Below, piece after piece: positions 32,763 through 42,474 of a DNA stretch of 64,000 nucleotides. Every line of letters starts with the position of its first letter. The stretch's first letter is position 1. A program made the translations under genes and the position numbers. The stretch is from an uncultured Gammaproteobacteria bacterium (GTDB taxonomy: Bacteria > Pseudomonadota > Gammaproteobacteria > UBA9214), in assembly GCA_963748215.1 (NCBI GenBank), contig CAVVHS010000008.1, forward strand, positions 96,001 through 160,000, in the 5' to 3' direction. The notes under the pieces were generated by a model, which saw nothing but the letters and a program-made list of their open reading frames with translations, had not been told where the DNA came from and did not search any database.

Positions 32763-33792
32763 TTTTTCCTGGCCGTGGGCTGCCCTGCTGCTGCCCCTTC
32801 CGCTACTGGTGCGCTGGTTCTGGCCGCGCCCGCATGGCGCAACCGATGCCTACACCCACGGCGACAGTTCCACCCTCCTGCACCCGGCGCTGGGACGACT
32901 GGCATCCACGTTCGTTGCCGCTCGCTCGCTCACCCATGCCGGCAGCCGCCTGCAGATTGTCATGCTGTCCCTGGTATGGGCGGCACTGGTTGTCGCCATG
33001 ATGCAGCCGCAATGGCTGGAACCCTATACGGAAATCCGCACCGAGGGCTATGACCTGATGCTTGCCGTCGATACATCGCGCTCGATGGAGGCGCTGGACT
33101 TCACGGTCGACAACCGCCAGGTCACGCGCATGGCGGTTATCAAGGGTGTGCTGGAGCGCTTCGTCAAGGCCCGCGACGGCGACCGCATCGGTATTGTGGT
33201 GTTCGGCAGCCAGGCGTTTGTGCTGTCTCCCATGACACAGGATTTGCAGGCCCTGCACAGCCTGCTGGACAGTGTCGTTGCGCGCATGGCCGGTGACGGT
33301 ACCGCAATCGGCGATGCCATTGGACTGAGCGTGAAAAAACTGCGCGAACGCCCCGAGGGTTCGCGCGTGCTGATCCTGGTCACCGATGGCGAGAATACCG
33401 AGGGCAGCATGCCGCCGAACCTGGCCGCGCAGCTCGCTGCACACGAAGGTATCCGCATCTACACCATCGGCGTCGGCAGCAAGGGGCTGGTGCCATTCAT
33501 GGAAGATGGCCGTATGACCCAGGTCAAGATGGAAATCGACGAGGACCTGCTCACCGAGGTAGCGGCAATCACGGGCGGCGCCTATTTCCGTGCCACCGAC
33601 AGTGGCGCGCTCGAGCAGATCTACCAGCAGATCGACGCACTGGAAAAGACCCAGGCCGAATCACGCACCGTGATGATTCCGCAACCGCTCTACCGCTGGC
33701 CGCTGGGAGCGGCGCTGCTGCTCCTGTTGCTGCTTGGACTGTTCCCCAACGGTATACCACGATCGTGGTTCACGAGACCTGCCCATGGCTGA
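32755..33792 (+). CDS. VWA domain protein, BatA-like
   Basis: N-terminal BatA segment; MIDAS motif DTSRSM; GDRIGIVVFG, TAIGDAIG and TDGEN. Confidence 0.9.
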   Translation: MFSFSWPWAALLLPLPLLVRWFWPRPHGATDAYTHGDSSTLLHPALGRLASTFVAARSLTHAGSRLQIVMLSLVWAALVVAMMQPQWLEPYTEIRTEGYDLMLAVDTSRSMEALDFTVDNRQVTRMAVIKGVLERFVKARDGDRIGIVVFGSQAFVLSPMTQDLQALHSLLDSVVARMAGDGTAIGDAIGLSVKKLRERPEGSRVLILVTDGENTEGSMPPNLAAQLAAHEGIRIYTIGVGSKGLVPFMEDGRMTQVKMEIDEDLLTEVAAITGGAYFRATDSGALEQIYQQIDALEKTQAESRTVMIPQPLYRWPLGAALLLLLLLGLFPNGIPRSWFTRPAHG

Positions 33793-34822
33793 CCTGCTGC
33801 CCGCCATCCATTTCAGCGAACCGGCCTGGCTATGGGCATTGCTGTTGTGCATACCGGTTGCCCTGTGGCTGATCCTGACCCGCAATCTCAGCAAGCGTAA
33901 CGAACGCATGCAGCTATACGCGGATCAACACCTGTTGCCGCATCTGCTGGGCCGTTCGGAGATTACCACCGGTACGCAATGGCGACGCTACGCACACTGG
34001 TCCCTCGTCTGGGTGCTGCTGGTACTGGCCATGGCCGGTCCGCGCTGGGATTTCACCGATGTAAAGCTGTTCCGTCCCGGCACCAACCTGGTGGTGCTGT
34101 TCGATCTCTCGCGCTCCATGATCGTGTCAGATGTGCAACCCTCGCGGCTGGCGCGTGCCCAGCAGGAACTGGCTGACCTGCTGGATCGCAATCGCGGCAT
34201 CCGCATCGGCGTAATCGGGTTTGCCTCGATTGCCCAGGTCGTCGCACCGGTAACCGAGGACATGAACGGTATCCGTCGGGTGCTGCCGGCGCTCGACACG
34301 AGCCTGGTGCAATTGCCGGGCAGCCGGCTGGTGCATGCGCTCGACCGCGCCGGTGAACTGCTCGCCGGTCAGTCGAAGGACAGTATCAACTCGCTGCTGA
34401 TCATCACCGATGGTGATTTCGATGAGCCTGGCCTGGAGCAGCATTTGCAGGAATTTGCTGCGCGCGGGGTGCGCGTGCATATCCTCGGCATCGGCACGCC
34501 GGAGGGTGATGCCGTTCCCGGCCGGGAAGGCCAGTGGATCAAGGACAGGAGCGGCCAACCGGTCGTTTCAAGGCTCAACGAGCCCTTGTTGAAAACCCTG
34601 GCGACTGCCGGAGCGGGAATTTACCAGCGCGCCGATTACCGCCAGCGCGATACCGACCGGATCCTGGAAGAGGTGAAGGCGCAGGCGCTGCCCGGCGGCG
34701 AACTCAATGAACGCACGCGGGTCTGGAATGAACGCTTCCACTGGCTTGCCGGGCTGGCGCTGCTGTTGCTGCTGCCGCTGTTTCGCCGCACCCTGCCGGG
34801 TTTCCAGGTGCGCAGCTCATGA
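33785..34822 (+). CDS. VWA domain protein, BatB-like
   Basis: DLSRSM..SDVQPSRLARA, ITDGD and GIGTPEG. Confidence 0.88.
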   Translation: MADLLPAIHFSEPAWLWALLLCIPVALWLILTRNLSKRNERMQLYADQHLLPHLLGRSEITTGTQWRRYAHWSLVWVLLVLAMAGPRWDFTDVKLFRPGTNLVVLFDLSRSMIVSDVQPSRLARAQQELADLLDRNRGIRIGVIGFASIAQVVAPVTEDMNGIRRVLPALDTSLVQLPGSRLVHALDRAGELLAGQSKDSINSLLIITDGDFDEPGLEQHLQEFAARGVRVHILGIGTPEGDAVPGREGQWIKDRSGQPVVSRLNEPLLKTLATAGAGIYQRADYRQRDTDRILEEVKAQALPGGELNERTRVWNERFHWLAGLALLLLLPLFRRTLPGFQVRSS

Positions 34823-36582
34823 AACGGCAAACGATCCTCGTCACGTACCTGCTGACCGGCCTGCTGGCCGGCGCGACAACCGTCAAGGCGTCCTGGTTCA
34901 GGAACACTGAGCAGGAAGCGGCCAGCAAGTACCGGGAAGGCGAATACAGCGAAGCCGCACAGGATTTCAGCGATGCTTACCGGCGTGGCGTCGCACTCTA
35001 CCGTGCGGGACGCTACACGGAAGCGGGCGATGCCTTTGCCAGTGTCGAGCGCGAAGACGTCAAGCCGGACGCGTTGTATAACCTGGGCAACAGCCGCTAC
35101 AAGCGCAGCGACTACGAAGGCGCGGTCGAAGCCTACCAGGCAGCACTGGCGCTGCAACCGAAAGACGCCGACACGTCGCACAATCTGTCACTGGCGAAGC
35201 GGATGCTGGAACAGACCGTGAACGAGGACCTGGAACAGGAAAAGTCCGAGCAGCCACCCGAGGAAGAAGAGCAGCAAGAAGAAGAAAAAGAACAGCAGGA
35301 GTCCGAGGAGTCCTCCAGCGAGGAGCAGCAGGAGTCCGAGGAGTCCTCCAGCGAGGAGCAGCAGGAATCCGAAGAATCCTCCGGCGAGGAGCAGCAGGAG
35401 TCCGAGGAGTCCTCCGGCGACCAGCAGCAGGAGTCCGAGGAGTCCTCCGGCGACCAGCAGCAGGAGTCCGAGGAGTCCTCCGGTGACCAGCAGCAGGAGT
35501 CCGAGGAGTCCTCCGGCGACCAGCAGCAGGAATCCGAGGAGTCCTCCGGCGACCAGCAGCAGGAATCCGAGGAGTCCTCCGGCGACCAGCAGCAGGAATC
35601 CGAGCAGTCCTCCGGTGACCAGCAGCAGGAATCCGAGGAGTCCTCCGGCGACCAGCAGCAGGAGTCCGAGGAGTCCTCCGGTGACCAGCAGCAGGAGTCC
35701 GAGCAGTCCTCCGGTGACCAGCAGCAGGAATCCGAGCAGTCCTCCGGTGACCAGCAGCAGGAGTCCGAGCAGTCCTCCGGCGACCAGCAGCAGGAGTCCG
35801 AGCAGTCCTCCGGTGACCAGCAGCAGGAGTCCGAGGAGTCCGCCGGTGACCAGCAGCAGGAGTCCGAGGAGTCCTCCGGCGACCAGCAGCAGGAGTCCGA
35901 GCAGTCCGCCGGTGACCAGCAGCAGGAATCCGAGCAGTCCGCCGGTGACCAGGAACAGGAGTCCGCGGATTCAAAAGGCGATCAACAGGATGACTCCGAC
36001 AAGTCCGCCGGCGACCAGGAACGGGAAAGCGAGCCATCGGCCGGTGACCGGGAAGAGGATGCCGACACCGGATCAAAGGAGGATAAATCTGCCAGCGACA
36101 AGTCCGAATCCGTTGAAGATCAGCAGGAAAAGGGAGATTCTGGCGAGCAGGATGAACAAAAAGGTGTTAATCTCGGAATAGATAAAACTGATCAGGAATC
36201 AGATCTGGGCGAAGCTGGCGATACCGGAGGAGGACCGGAAGATCGGGACCAGGAGCAAGCCGGGGCCAACTCGGACAAATCGGCCGGCCCGGGTGGGCTG
36301 CCAGACGAGATATCCGAGGAACAGGCAGCGGCCAGCCAGGCGGTAGAGCGCTTCGACCAGCTGGACACCGGCTCCGGCGATGCAGACCAGGGAAATCCGC
36401 AGGACGGCATACCGGACAAGGACGGGGTCCCCGGTACCAGCATCTCCATGACGGTAATGGATCAGTGGCTGGAACAGATCGAAGGCGACCCGGCCCACCT
36501 GTTACGCAACCAGTTCAGGATAGCGGAACAGCTGGAGATGCAACGCAATCGTCGCCAGCTGATGGAAACGCGTCCGTGGTAA
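34819..36582 (+). CDS. TPR protein, BatC-like, with a long acidic repeat linker
   Basis: ALYNLGNSRY TPR; C-terminal QWLEQIEGDPAHLLRNQF..RPW. Confidence 0.85.
   Translation: MKRQTILVTYLLTGLLAGATTVKASWFRNTEQEAASKYREGEYSEAAQDFSDAYRRGVALYRAGRYTEAGDAFASVEREDVKPDALYNLGNSRYKRSDYEGAVEAYQAALALQPKDADTSHNLSLAKRMLEQTVNEDLEQEKSEQPPEEEEQQEEEKEQQESEESSSEEQQESEESSSEEQQESEESSGEEQQESEESSGDQQQESEESSGDQQQESEESSGDQQQESEESSGDQQQESEESSGDQQQESEESSGDQQQESEQSSGDQQQESEESSGDQQQESEESSGDQQQESEQSSGDQQQESEQSSGDQQQESEQSSGDQQQESEQSSGDQQQESEESAGDQQQESEESSGDQQQESEQSAGDQQQESEQSAGDQEQESADSKGDQQDDSDKSAGDQERESEPSAGDREEDADTGSKEDKSASDKSESVEDQQEKGDSGEQDEQKGVNLGIDKTDQESDLGEAGDTGGGPEDRDQEQAGANSDKSAGPGGLPDEISEEQAAASQAVERFDQLDTGSGDADQGNPQDGIPDKDGVPGTSISMTVMDQWLEQIEGDPAHLLRNQFRIAEQLEMQRNRRQLMETRPW
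35290..35949 (+). repeat. About 20 in-frame 33-bp tandem repeats (QQQESEESSGD)
   Basis: Unit CAGCAGCAGGAGTCCGAGGAGTCCTCCGGCGAC with point variants; about three more degenerate copies extend to about 36048. Confidence 0.97.
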
Positions 36583-36661
36583 CACTGGTGACCGGCGACG
36601 CGACCTGAGCGGCGGACAGCGAGACGATTACGAGGAAGTAGACGGGGGCAATCACTTGAGT

Positions 36662-38305
36662 ATGGTTACAACGTTACGTATCGGTATCATTTTCCTGCTG
36701 GCAAGCTTGTCAGTTTCACTGGCGCACGCCGCCGGTTTTTCAATGGGCAGTAGCAAGCCTCATGGTAAAGACGGTTACACCACCAATCGTCCCTGGGGCA
36801 ACATCGAACCCAGCAAACCCGCACCGCAATATCAGCCCCCGCAACCGTTACCCGGCAGCTACTATCCCGGCGCTGCACCCGGCACTGGCTGGTATTCGGC
36901 ACAGTTGCCTGCCAGCAGCGCTGCAGGCAATAGCGCGCCAGTTGTCGAGGTCGACGTCGACGGATCGGTGTTCTATGAACAGCAGAACATCGTCTACACG
37001 GTCCACGTCGTAAGCGACGGCAATCTCGCCTTGCTGGATGCCGAGTTACCGCGCATCGAGGGAGCGGCAATGGAACTGATCGACGGTCCCGTCGCCAGCA
37101 CGCGCTCCAGCGGATACAGTCGTACACCTCAAATCGTCAATACCTATCGCTACAAACTGATGCCGCTGCATTCCGGCAAGGTCGTCATTCCGGCAATCCG
37201 GTTCACCGGCACACACGCTGCCGGCAAACAGTCGAATAATCCGCAGGGCAACAAATTCACCATCGCCGCTGCCAGGCCGCTGACCCTGCAGGTGAGACCG
37301 GCCGATTCCGCAGTCCAGCCCTGGCTGCCACTGTACGACCTGCGACTGCAAACCGACCTGGAGCAGGAAGGACCTGCCAAGGCCGGCCAACCGGTCACCC
37401 TCACCCTGGAACTGACCGCACGCGGGGCACTGGGCACCCAGCTTCCGTCGCTGGCTCACCAGCTCGAAAGTCCCCATTACCGTGTGTATCGGGATACGAC
37501 CACCACCAGGAGCGGCATTTCGTCCAACGGTCGGTACCTGACCGGCAGCCGCAAGGAAACCTACACTCTCATCCCGCTCGAGGATGGCTGGATACGCCTT
37601 CCGGAGATCAACGTCGCGTGGTGGGACATCGACATGCAGACAGCACGGCTTGCCGGCTTGCCGCCCACGCAGTCCAGCGGCGCTGCGACCTCCGGCCTGA
37701 CTGCAACCGGTACCGGACAGACATCCCTGTTCCCGGCCTATTTCTGGATACCCATGGTGATCGCGCTGGCCCTGATCGCCGGCTTCTGGCTGGGCGCCTG
37801 GCACCGCACCCGACCACTGGTCAATCGAGCCGGCGCCTGGTTATCGGCAACCGGCCAGGGCGCTGTGCAACGCGGCCAGCGTCTCGGCAGCATGATCTCG
37901 CCGTTACGACACCTGCGCCGGCTGCGTATGGCATTCGCCCTGCTGATGCCGAAGTCGGTCAGGATCTGGATGTGCACGCATTGCCTGGCAACCGAGGACA
38001 ACCCGCAAGCCTGGTGCACGGAATTCAAGAGCCGCGTGTGCAAGCATCTCGACATATCCTCGCATGCCTCGCTCACCAGCATTACCGAGAAACTCATCGC
38101 GACCAGTCCCAGCGCCGAACCGGCCAGGCTGCGCGAACTGGCGCATTCGCTCGACGGCGCACTCTACGGTGACCGGACGCTCGATTTCCCCGCCTGGAAA
38201 CGCGAACTGAGACAGCAGCTGCGCCCGCACCTGCTACGCCGCAACCGTGCACGCACACCCCGCAAGACAAACACACTGCCGGCGCTCAATCCGACCTCGG
38301 CCTGA
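36662..38305 (+). CDS. BatD-like protein
   Basis: Signal peptide; WLP, GQPVTLTLEL.A.G..G.QLP and LPEINVAWWD; TM helix; last gene of the Bat operon. Confidence 0.78.
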   Translation: MVTTLRIGIIFLLASLSVSLAHAAGFSMGSSKPHGKDGYTTNRPWGNIEPSKPAPQYQPPQPLPGSYYPGAAPGTGWYSAQLPASSAAGNSAPVVEVDVDGSVFYEQQNIVYTVHVVSDGNLALLDAELPRIEGAAMELIDGPVASTRSSGYSRTPQIVNTYRYKLMPLHSGKVVIPAIRFTGTHAAGKQSNNPQGNKFTIAAARPLTLQVRPADSAVQPWLPLYDLRLQTDLEQEGPAKAGQPVTLTLELTARGALGTQLPSLAHQLESPHYRVYRDTTTTRSGISSNGRYLTGSRKETYTLIPLEDGWIRLPEINVAWWDIDMQTARLAGLPPTQSSGAATSGLTATGTGQTSLFPAYFWIPMVIALALIAGFWLGAWHRTRPLVNRAGAWLSATGQGAVQRGQRLGSMISPLRHLRRLRMAFALLMPKSVRIWMCTHCLATEDNPQAWCTEFKSRVCKHLDISSHASLTSITEKLIATSPSAEPARLRELAHSLDGALYGDRTLDFPAWKRELRQQLRPHLLRRNRARTPRKTNTLPALNPTSA

Positions 38306-38322
38306 GACTGTTCCTGACTGTC

Positions 38323-38346
38323 GCGGCGGGCTCCTGCGCCCGCCGC
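38323..38346. terminator. Hairpin between the convergent batD-like and polX genes
   Basis: GCGGCGGGC-TCCTGC-GCCCGCCGC. Confidence 0.5.
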
Positions 38347-38350
38347 CGGT

Positions 38351-40078
38351 TTATCGGCCGGTCGCGCGTTTCAGCAGCGGCCTGAGTTGCCGAAGCGTGC
38401 GGCTGTTGAGCACGTCCTGTTTTTCCAGCCAGCCGCGCCGCGCCTGCCCCACGCCGTAGGCGAGGTTCGCGAAATCCCGGGTACTGTGGGCATCGGAATT
38501 CACCGCGACGAGCACCCCTTCATCCCGCGCCATCTGGCAATACACATCCAGCAGATCGAGTCGCTCCGGGTGCGCGTTGAGTTCCAGGAAACAGCCGCGT
38601 TCGCGCGCCTTGCGGATGACCTTGAGCATGTCGATGTCATACGGCTCGCGACTTTCGAGCAAGCGGCCGGTTGGATGCGCAAGCAGGGTAAAATGCGGAC
38701 GGTCCATGGCACGCAGGATGCGGTCCGTCTGTTCTGCGCGTGACAGTGTGAAGTTGCTGTGCACTGCCCCGATCACCAGGTCCAGTTCACCGAGCACGTC
38801 ATCGGGCAGGTCGAGCCGTCCGTCTTCCAGGATGTCGACCTCCACGCCCTTGAGCAGCGTGATGCCGTCGAGCTCCTCATTCAGTCGATCGATCTCGTGC
38901 ATCTGCTTGCGCAGTCGCTTCGGATCGAGACCGTGCGCAACCGTAAGCCGGCGTGAATGTTCCGTGATCGCGAGGTAGCCGAGGCCGTAGTGCTGTGCGG
39001 CCTGTGCCATCTCGCGCAGGCTGTTATGTCCGTCAGTGGTCGTGGTGTGCGCGTGCAGGTCGCCCCTGAGATCGGCCAGCGTCACCAGCTTCGGCAACTT
39101 GCCGGCACGCGCCGCCTCGAGTTCGCCACGGTTTTCGCGCAGCTCCGGATCGATCCACGGCAGGCCCACGCTGCGATAGACCGATTTCTCGGTCGCGCCA
39201 GCCGTGCGGCGCTTGCCCCGGAACACACCGTATTCACTGATCTTGAGCTTGCGCTCCTGCGCCAGCCGACGCAGTGCGATGTTGTGCTCGCGCGAACCGG
39301 TGAAGTAAAGCAAGGCCGCGCCAAAACAGTTTTCCTCTACGACGCGCACATCCACCTGCAGCCCGGACCTGAGCATCAGCGTGGCGCGCGTGGGGCCGCT
39401 GGCGAGCACCTTTTCGACCTCCTCGTACAAAACCACACGGTCCATGACCCCGGCGGCTTCCGCGGTGACCAGGATGTCGAGGTCACCGACTGTCTCGCGA
39501 GCGCGGCGATAGCTGCCGGCCAGCACGACCTGTTTCACACCGGGGATCCGCTGCAGCCAGGCCTGCAACGGTTCGGCATACTGCGCGGCCACGGCCAGTT
39601 TGAAGCGCGGCTGTTCCGCAACCTGCCTGGACACCGCCTCCAGTATGACCTGCTCGGTCCTGGCACCGAAGCCGGGCAGCTCGCGAATACGCCCGTCACG
39701 CGCGGCACGCGCCAGCTGCTCAAGCGTATGGACGTCAAGCTCGTGATACAGCGTGCTCACGCGTTTCGGACCGAGACCGCGAATCTTCAGCAACCCGGTG
39801 ACGGAATGCGGAACCTGCCGGTGCAGCTTGTCGAGCATCCGGCACTTGCCCGTCCCGGCAATTTCCTCGATGCGAGCGGCGAGATCGGTGCCGATAGCAG
39901 GCAGTTCGGTCAGGTCATCCCCCCTGGCCAGCATGTCCGCCACCGCCTCGCCCATGCCCTGCAACTGGCGCGCGGCATTACGATAGGCACGCACCCGGAA
40001 CGGGTTTTCATTCTGGATCTCGAGCAGGTCGGCGATTTCCACGAATACGGCGGCAATGTCGGCGTTATGAACGGACAT
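38351..40078 (-). CDS. polX: DNA polymerase X with PHP domain (PolX)
   Basis: ENPFRVRAY, AGSYRR..ETVGDLDIL, QVDVR and YFTGS; PHP motifs DLHAHT, TEHS, AHPTGR and NSDAH; AGGAG RBS. Confidence 0.95.
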   Translation of the reverse strand: MSVHNADIAAVFVEIADLLEIQNENPFRVRAYRNAARQLQGMGEAVADMLARGDDLTELPAIGTDLAARIEEIAGTGKCRMLDKLHRQVPHSVTGLLKIRGLGPKRVSTLYHELDVHTLEQLARAARDGRIRELPGFGARTEQVILEAVSRQVAEQPRFKLAVAAQYAEPLQAWLQRIPGVKQVVLAGSYRRARETVGDLDILVTAEAAGVMDRVVLYEEVEKVLASGPTRATLMLRSGLQVDVRVVEENCFGAALLYFTGSREHNIALRRLAQERKLKISEYGVFRGKRRTAGATEKSVYRSVGLPWIDPELRENRGELEAARAGKLPKLVTLADLRGDLHAHTTTTDGHNSLREMAQAAQHYGLGYLAITEHSRRLTVAHGLDPKRLRKQMHEIDRLNEELDGITLLKGVEVDILEDGRLDLPDDVLGELDLVIGAVHSNFTLSRAEQTDRILRAMDRPHFTLLAHPTGRLLESREPYDIDMLKVIRKARERGCFLELNAHPERLDLLDVYCQMARDEGVLVAVNSDAHSTRDFANLAYGVGQARRGWLEKQDVLNSRTLRQLRPLLKRATGR

Positions 40079-40086
40079 GCTCCTAG

Positions 40087-40326
40087 CCCGCATTTCTCAC
40101 CGGGATCCCGGATGCTGGCGCAGGGCTCGCATGTCCGGACGCCGCTCTGGAATGAAAGAGGTAGCCGTAGCTACCACTTGAGTGAAGAGCAAGTACGGGC
40201 ATGCGAGAACCAGCCAGGGCCGGGATAGGCGGTGGCCGATAACACACTGTTTGTTGGCGAATGGGTATTAGCTTCATGGTTTCAGCTCATTATGTCGGAT
40301 AACAGCCGCCCGGTGAGAAATGCGGG
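40087..40326. mobile_element. 240-bp non-coding MITE-like element with 18-bp perfect terminal inverted repeats, flanked by CTAG
   Basis: CCCGCATTTCTCACCGGG (40087-40104) and CCCGGTGAGAAATGCGGG (40309-40326); CTAG at 40083-40086 and 40327-40330. Confidence 0.8.
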
Positions 40327-41757
40327 CTAGCCCTTGATACAGACCAGCGGCTCCAGCCGCGCCACCTTGCGCGCCAGGCCGGCGGCATCGGCCGCATCCA
40401 CCACGGAGCCGACGTCCTTGTACGCGCCCGGCGCCTCCTCGGCCACGCCGCGTCCCGACGGACTGCGGATCAGGATGCCGCGCGCGGCCAGCTCGTCGAT
40501 GACCTGGCGACCGTGCCAGGTCTTGTGGGCCTGGTGACGGCTCATGGCGCGCCCGGCGCCGTGACAGGCGGAACTCCAGGACAGGGCCTCGCCGGCACTG
40601 GTGCCGGCCAGGACATAGGACGCGGTCCCCATCGAGCCGCCGATCAGCACCGGCTGACCCGTGGCGCGCAATGCATCGGGCAGATCGGCATGACCGGGAC
40701 CGAAGGCACGCGTGGCACCCTTGCGGTGCACGTGAAGCAGGCGGGGTTCGCCGGCCACGACATGTTGCTCGACCTTGCAGGTGTTGTGCGACACGTCGTA
40801 CAGCAGCGTCAGCTCTGCCTCCGGCAGCACCCGCGCGAAGACATTGCGCACCAGATGGGTGAGAATCTGCCGGTTGGCCAGCGCGCAGTTGATCCCGGCA
40901 CGCATCGCGCCGAGGTATTCCTCACCGATGGGGGAATCGATCGGCGCGCAGGCCAGTTCACGGTCCGGCAACGTGATGCCGTACTGCGCGGCAGCGATAA
41001 CCATGCGTTTCAGGAACTCGGTGCCGATCTGGTGTCCCAGGCCACGCGAGCCGCAATGGATGCTGACCACCACCTCGTTCTCGCGCAATCCCATAACCTG
41101 TGCCGCCCCGGCGTCGAACACCTGAACGACCTTCTGCACTTCTAGATAGTGATTGCCGCTGCCCAGCGTGCCCATTTCGTCACGCTGGCGCCGCTTGGCG
41201 TGGTCGGATACGCAACCCGGCCTGGCACCGGCCATGCGGCCGCGCTCCTCGGTGCGCTCCAGGTCGGCATCACACCCATAGCCCTGCTGTACCGCCCACT
41301 GTGCACCTCCCAGCAGCATGGCGTTCATACTCGCGGAATTCAGGTGGATCGTGCCGCTGCTGCCGAGACCGGCGGGAATGTCGCGATACAGACTGTCGGC
41401 CAGTGTTTTCTGCACCGCCATGACAGCGTCGGCCTGCAACCCGGTCAGCAGGCATCGTACGCCGCAGGAAATGTCGAAGCCGACGCCGCCGGCCGAGACC
41501 ACGCCGCCGTCGCCGGCATCGAAGGCGGCCACGCCGCCGATGGGAAAACCGTAACCCCAGTGCGCGTCGGGCATGGCATAGGATGCCTGCACGATGCCGG
41601 GCAGCATGGCCACGTTGCAGACCTGCTCGTAGACCTTGAGATCCATGTCGCGGATCAGGGTCTCGTCCGCGTAGATCAGCGCCGGCACGCGCATGGCGCC
41701 GTGCGGGGCGATCTGCCAGGCATATTCGGTATGACGGTTGAACAGCGATATATCCAT
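40327..41757 (-). CDS. rtcB: RtcB RNA ligase (archaeal-type, archease-associated)
   Basis: MPDAHWGYGFPIGGV, GFDISCGVR, GTLGSGNHYLE, HCGSRG, SHN, HRKGATR, HGAGR and EEAPGAYK. Confidence 0.97.
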   Translation of the reverse strand: MDISLFNRHTEYAWQIAPHGAMRVPALIYADETLIRDMDLKVYEQVCNVAMLPGIVQASYAMPDAHWGYGFPIGGVAAFDAGDGGVVSAGGVGFDISCGVRCLLTGLQADAVMAVQKTLADSLYRDIPAGLGSSGTIHLNSASMNAMLLGGAQWAVQQGYGCDADLERTEERGRMAGARPGCVSDHAKRRQRDEMGTLGSGNHYLEVQKVVQVFDAGAAQVMGLRENEVVVSIHCGSRGLGHQIGTEFLKRMVIAAAQYGITLPDRELACAPIDSPIGEEYLGAMRAGINCALANRQILTHLVRNVFARVLPEAELTLLYDVSHNTCKVEQHVVAGEPRLLHVHRKGATRAFGPGHADLPDALRATGQPVLIGGSMGTASYVLAGTSAGEALSWSSACHGAGRAMSRHQAHKTWHGRQVIDELAARGILIRSPSGRGVAEEAPGAYKDVGSVVDAADAAGLARKVARLEPLVCIKG

Positions 41758-41814
41758 ATGCTCACCTGCCGGTCCGGCACCCGGATCGTGTCAGTGCAGA
41801 CTGGGTGTCTGGCT

Positions 41815-42237
41815 TCAGACATCCACCACGCATTGCGCGACCCAGCTGCCATCCGCTTCCTGCGCCACGCGCAAGGCGGTGTAGGTTGCACCCTTGACCT
41901 CGACCGCCGGGCGATGCCGTGCGCTGTCCAGTGCTTCGCCCCAGGCACGCGCCGTGAGCACCTCGCCGCTGATGTGCACGTCGTAGCGCGCGAACAGCCA
42001 GTGGCGTGTGGCCATTTCGTACAGCAGCGCGTTGAGCCAGTCCACCAGCAGCAATTCGTCATCCGGCGCCTGGCAACTGATCCTGACCATACCACCAGCG
42101 GAAATCCCGGTCGGCTCGGTAATCACGGCGGACAGGGCAACGGCCGCCTGCTCGAATGCCTGCTCCCGGGTCGCGCCGTAACCGCGTACCCCGATATCCG
42201 CACCGTGCGGGAAATGCTCCCAGCGCGCAAGCTGCAT
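41815..42237 (-). CDS. Archease
   Basis: [29 protein letters not shown] and C-terminal VVDV. Confidence 0.95.
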   Translation of the reverse strand: MQLARWEHFPHGADIGVRGYGATREQAFEQAAVALSAVITEPTGISAGGMVRISCQAPDDELLLVDWLNALLYEMATRHWLFARYDVHISGEVLTARAWGEALDSARHRPAVEVKGATYTALRVAQEADGSWVAQCVVDV

Positions 42238-42474
42238 GGTCAGCAGCAAATCCGCGGCAGTCCTGCGCGGCTGCATGCACAACGGCGAACCCCATCGGTA
42301 TCACGGCTTGCATTTCCACACATGGTAAATATATAGCACCGTTACCGGCACAGAGACATGACGACCGTCAATCCCGCCCCACTACCACCGGCAGGCATCA
42401 CGCAACCGGCCACGCGAGCCGGCAGAATCGCAGTCAGGGCACCGGACAAGCACATCCAGACCGCTGCGCCCGGG

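Noticed and set aside
35290-35949. 33-bp periodic array as a CRISPR array
   Set aside because: The units are contiguous with no unique spacers, stay in frame within a CDS, and no cas genes are nearby
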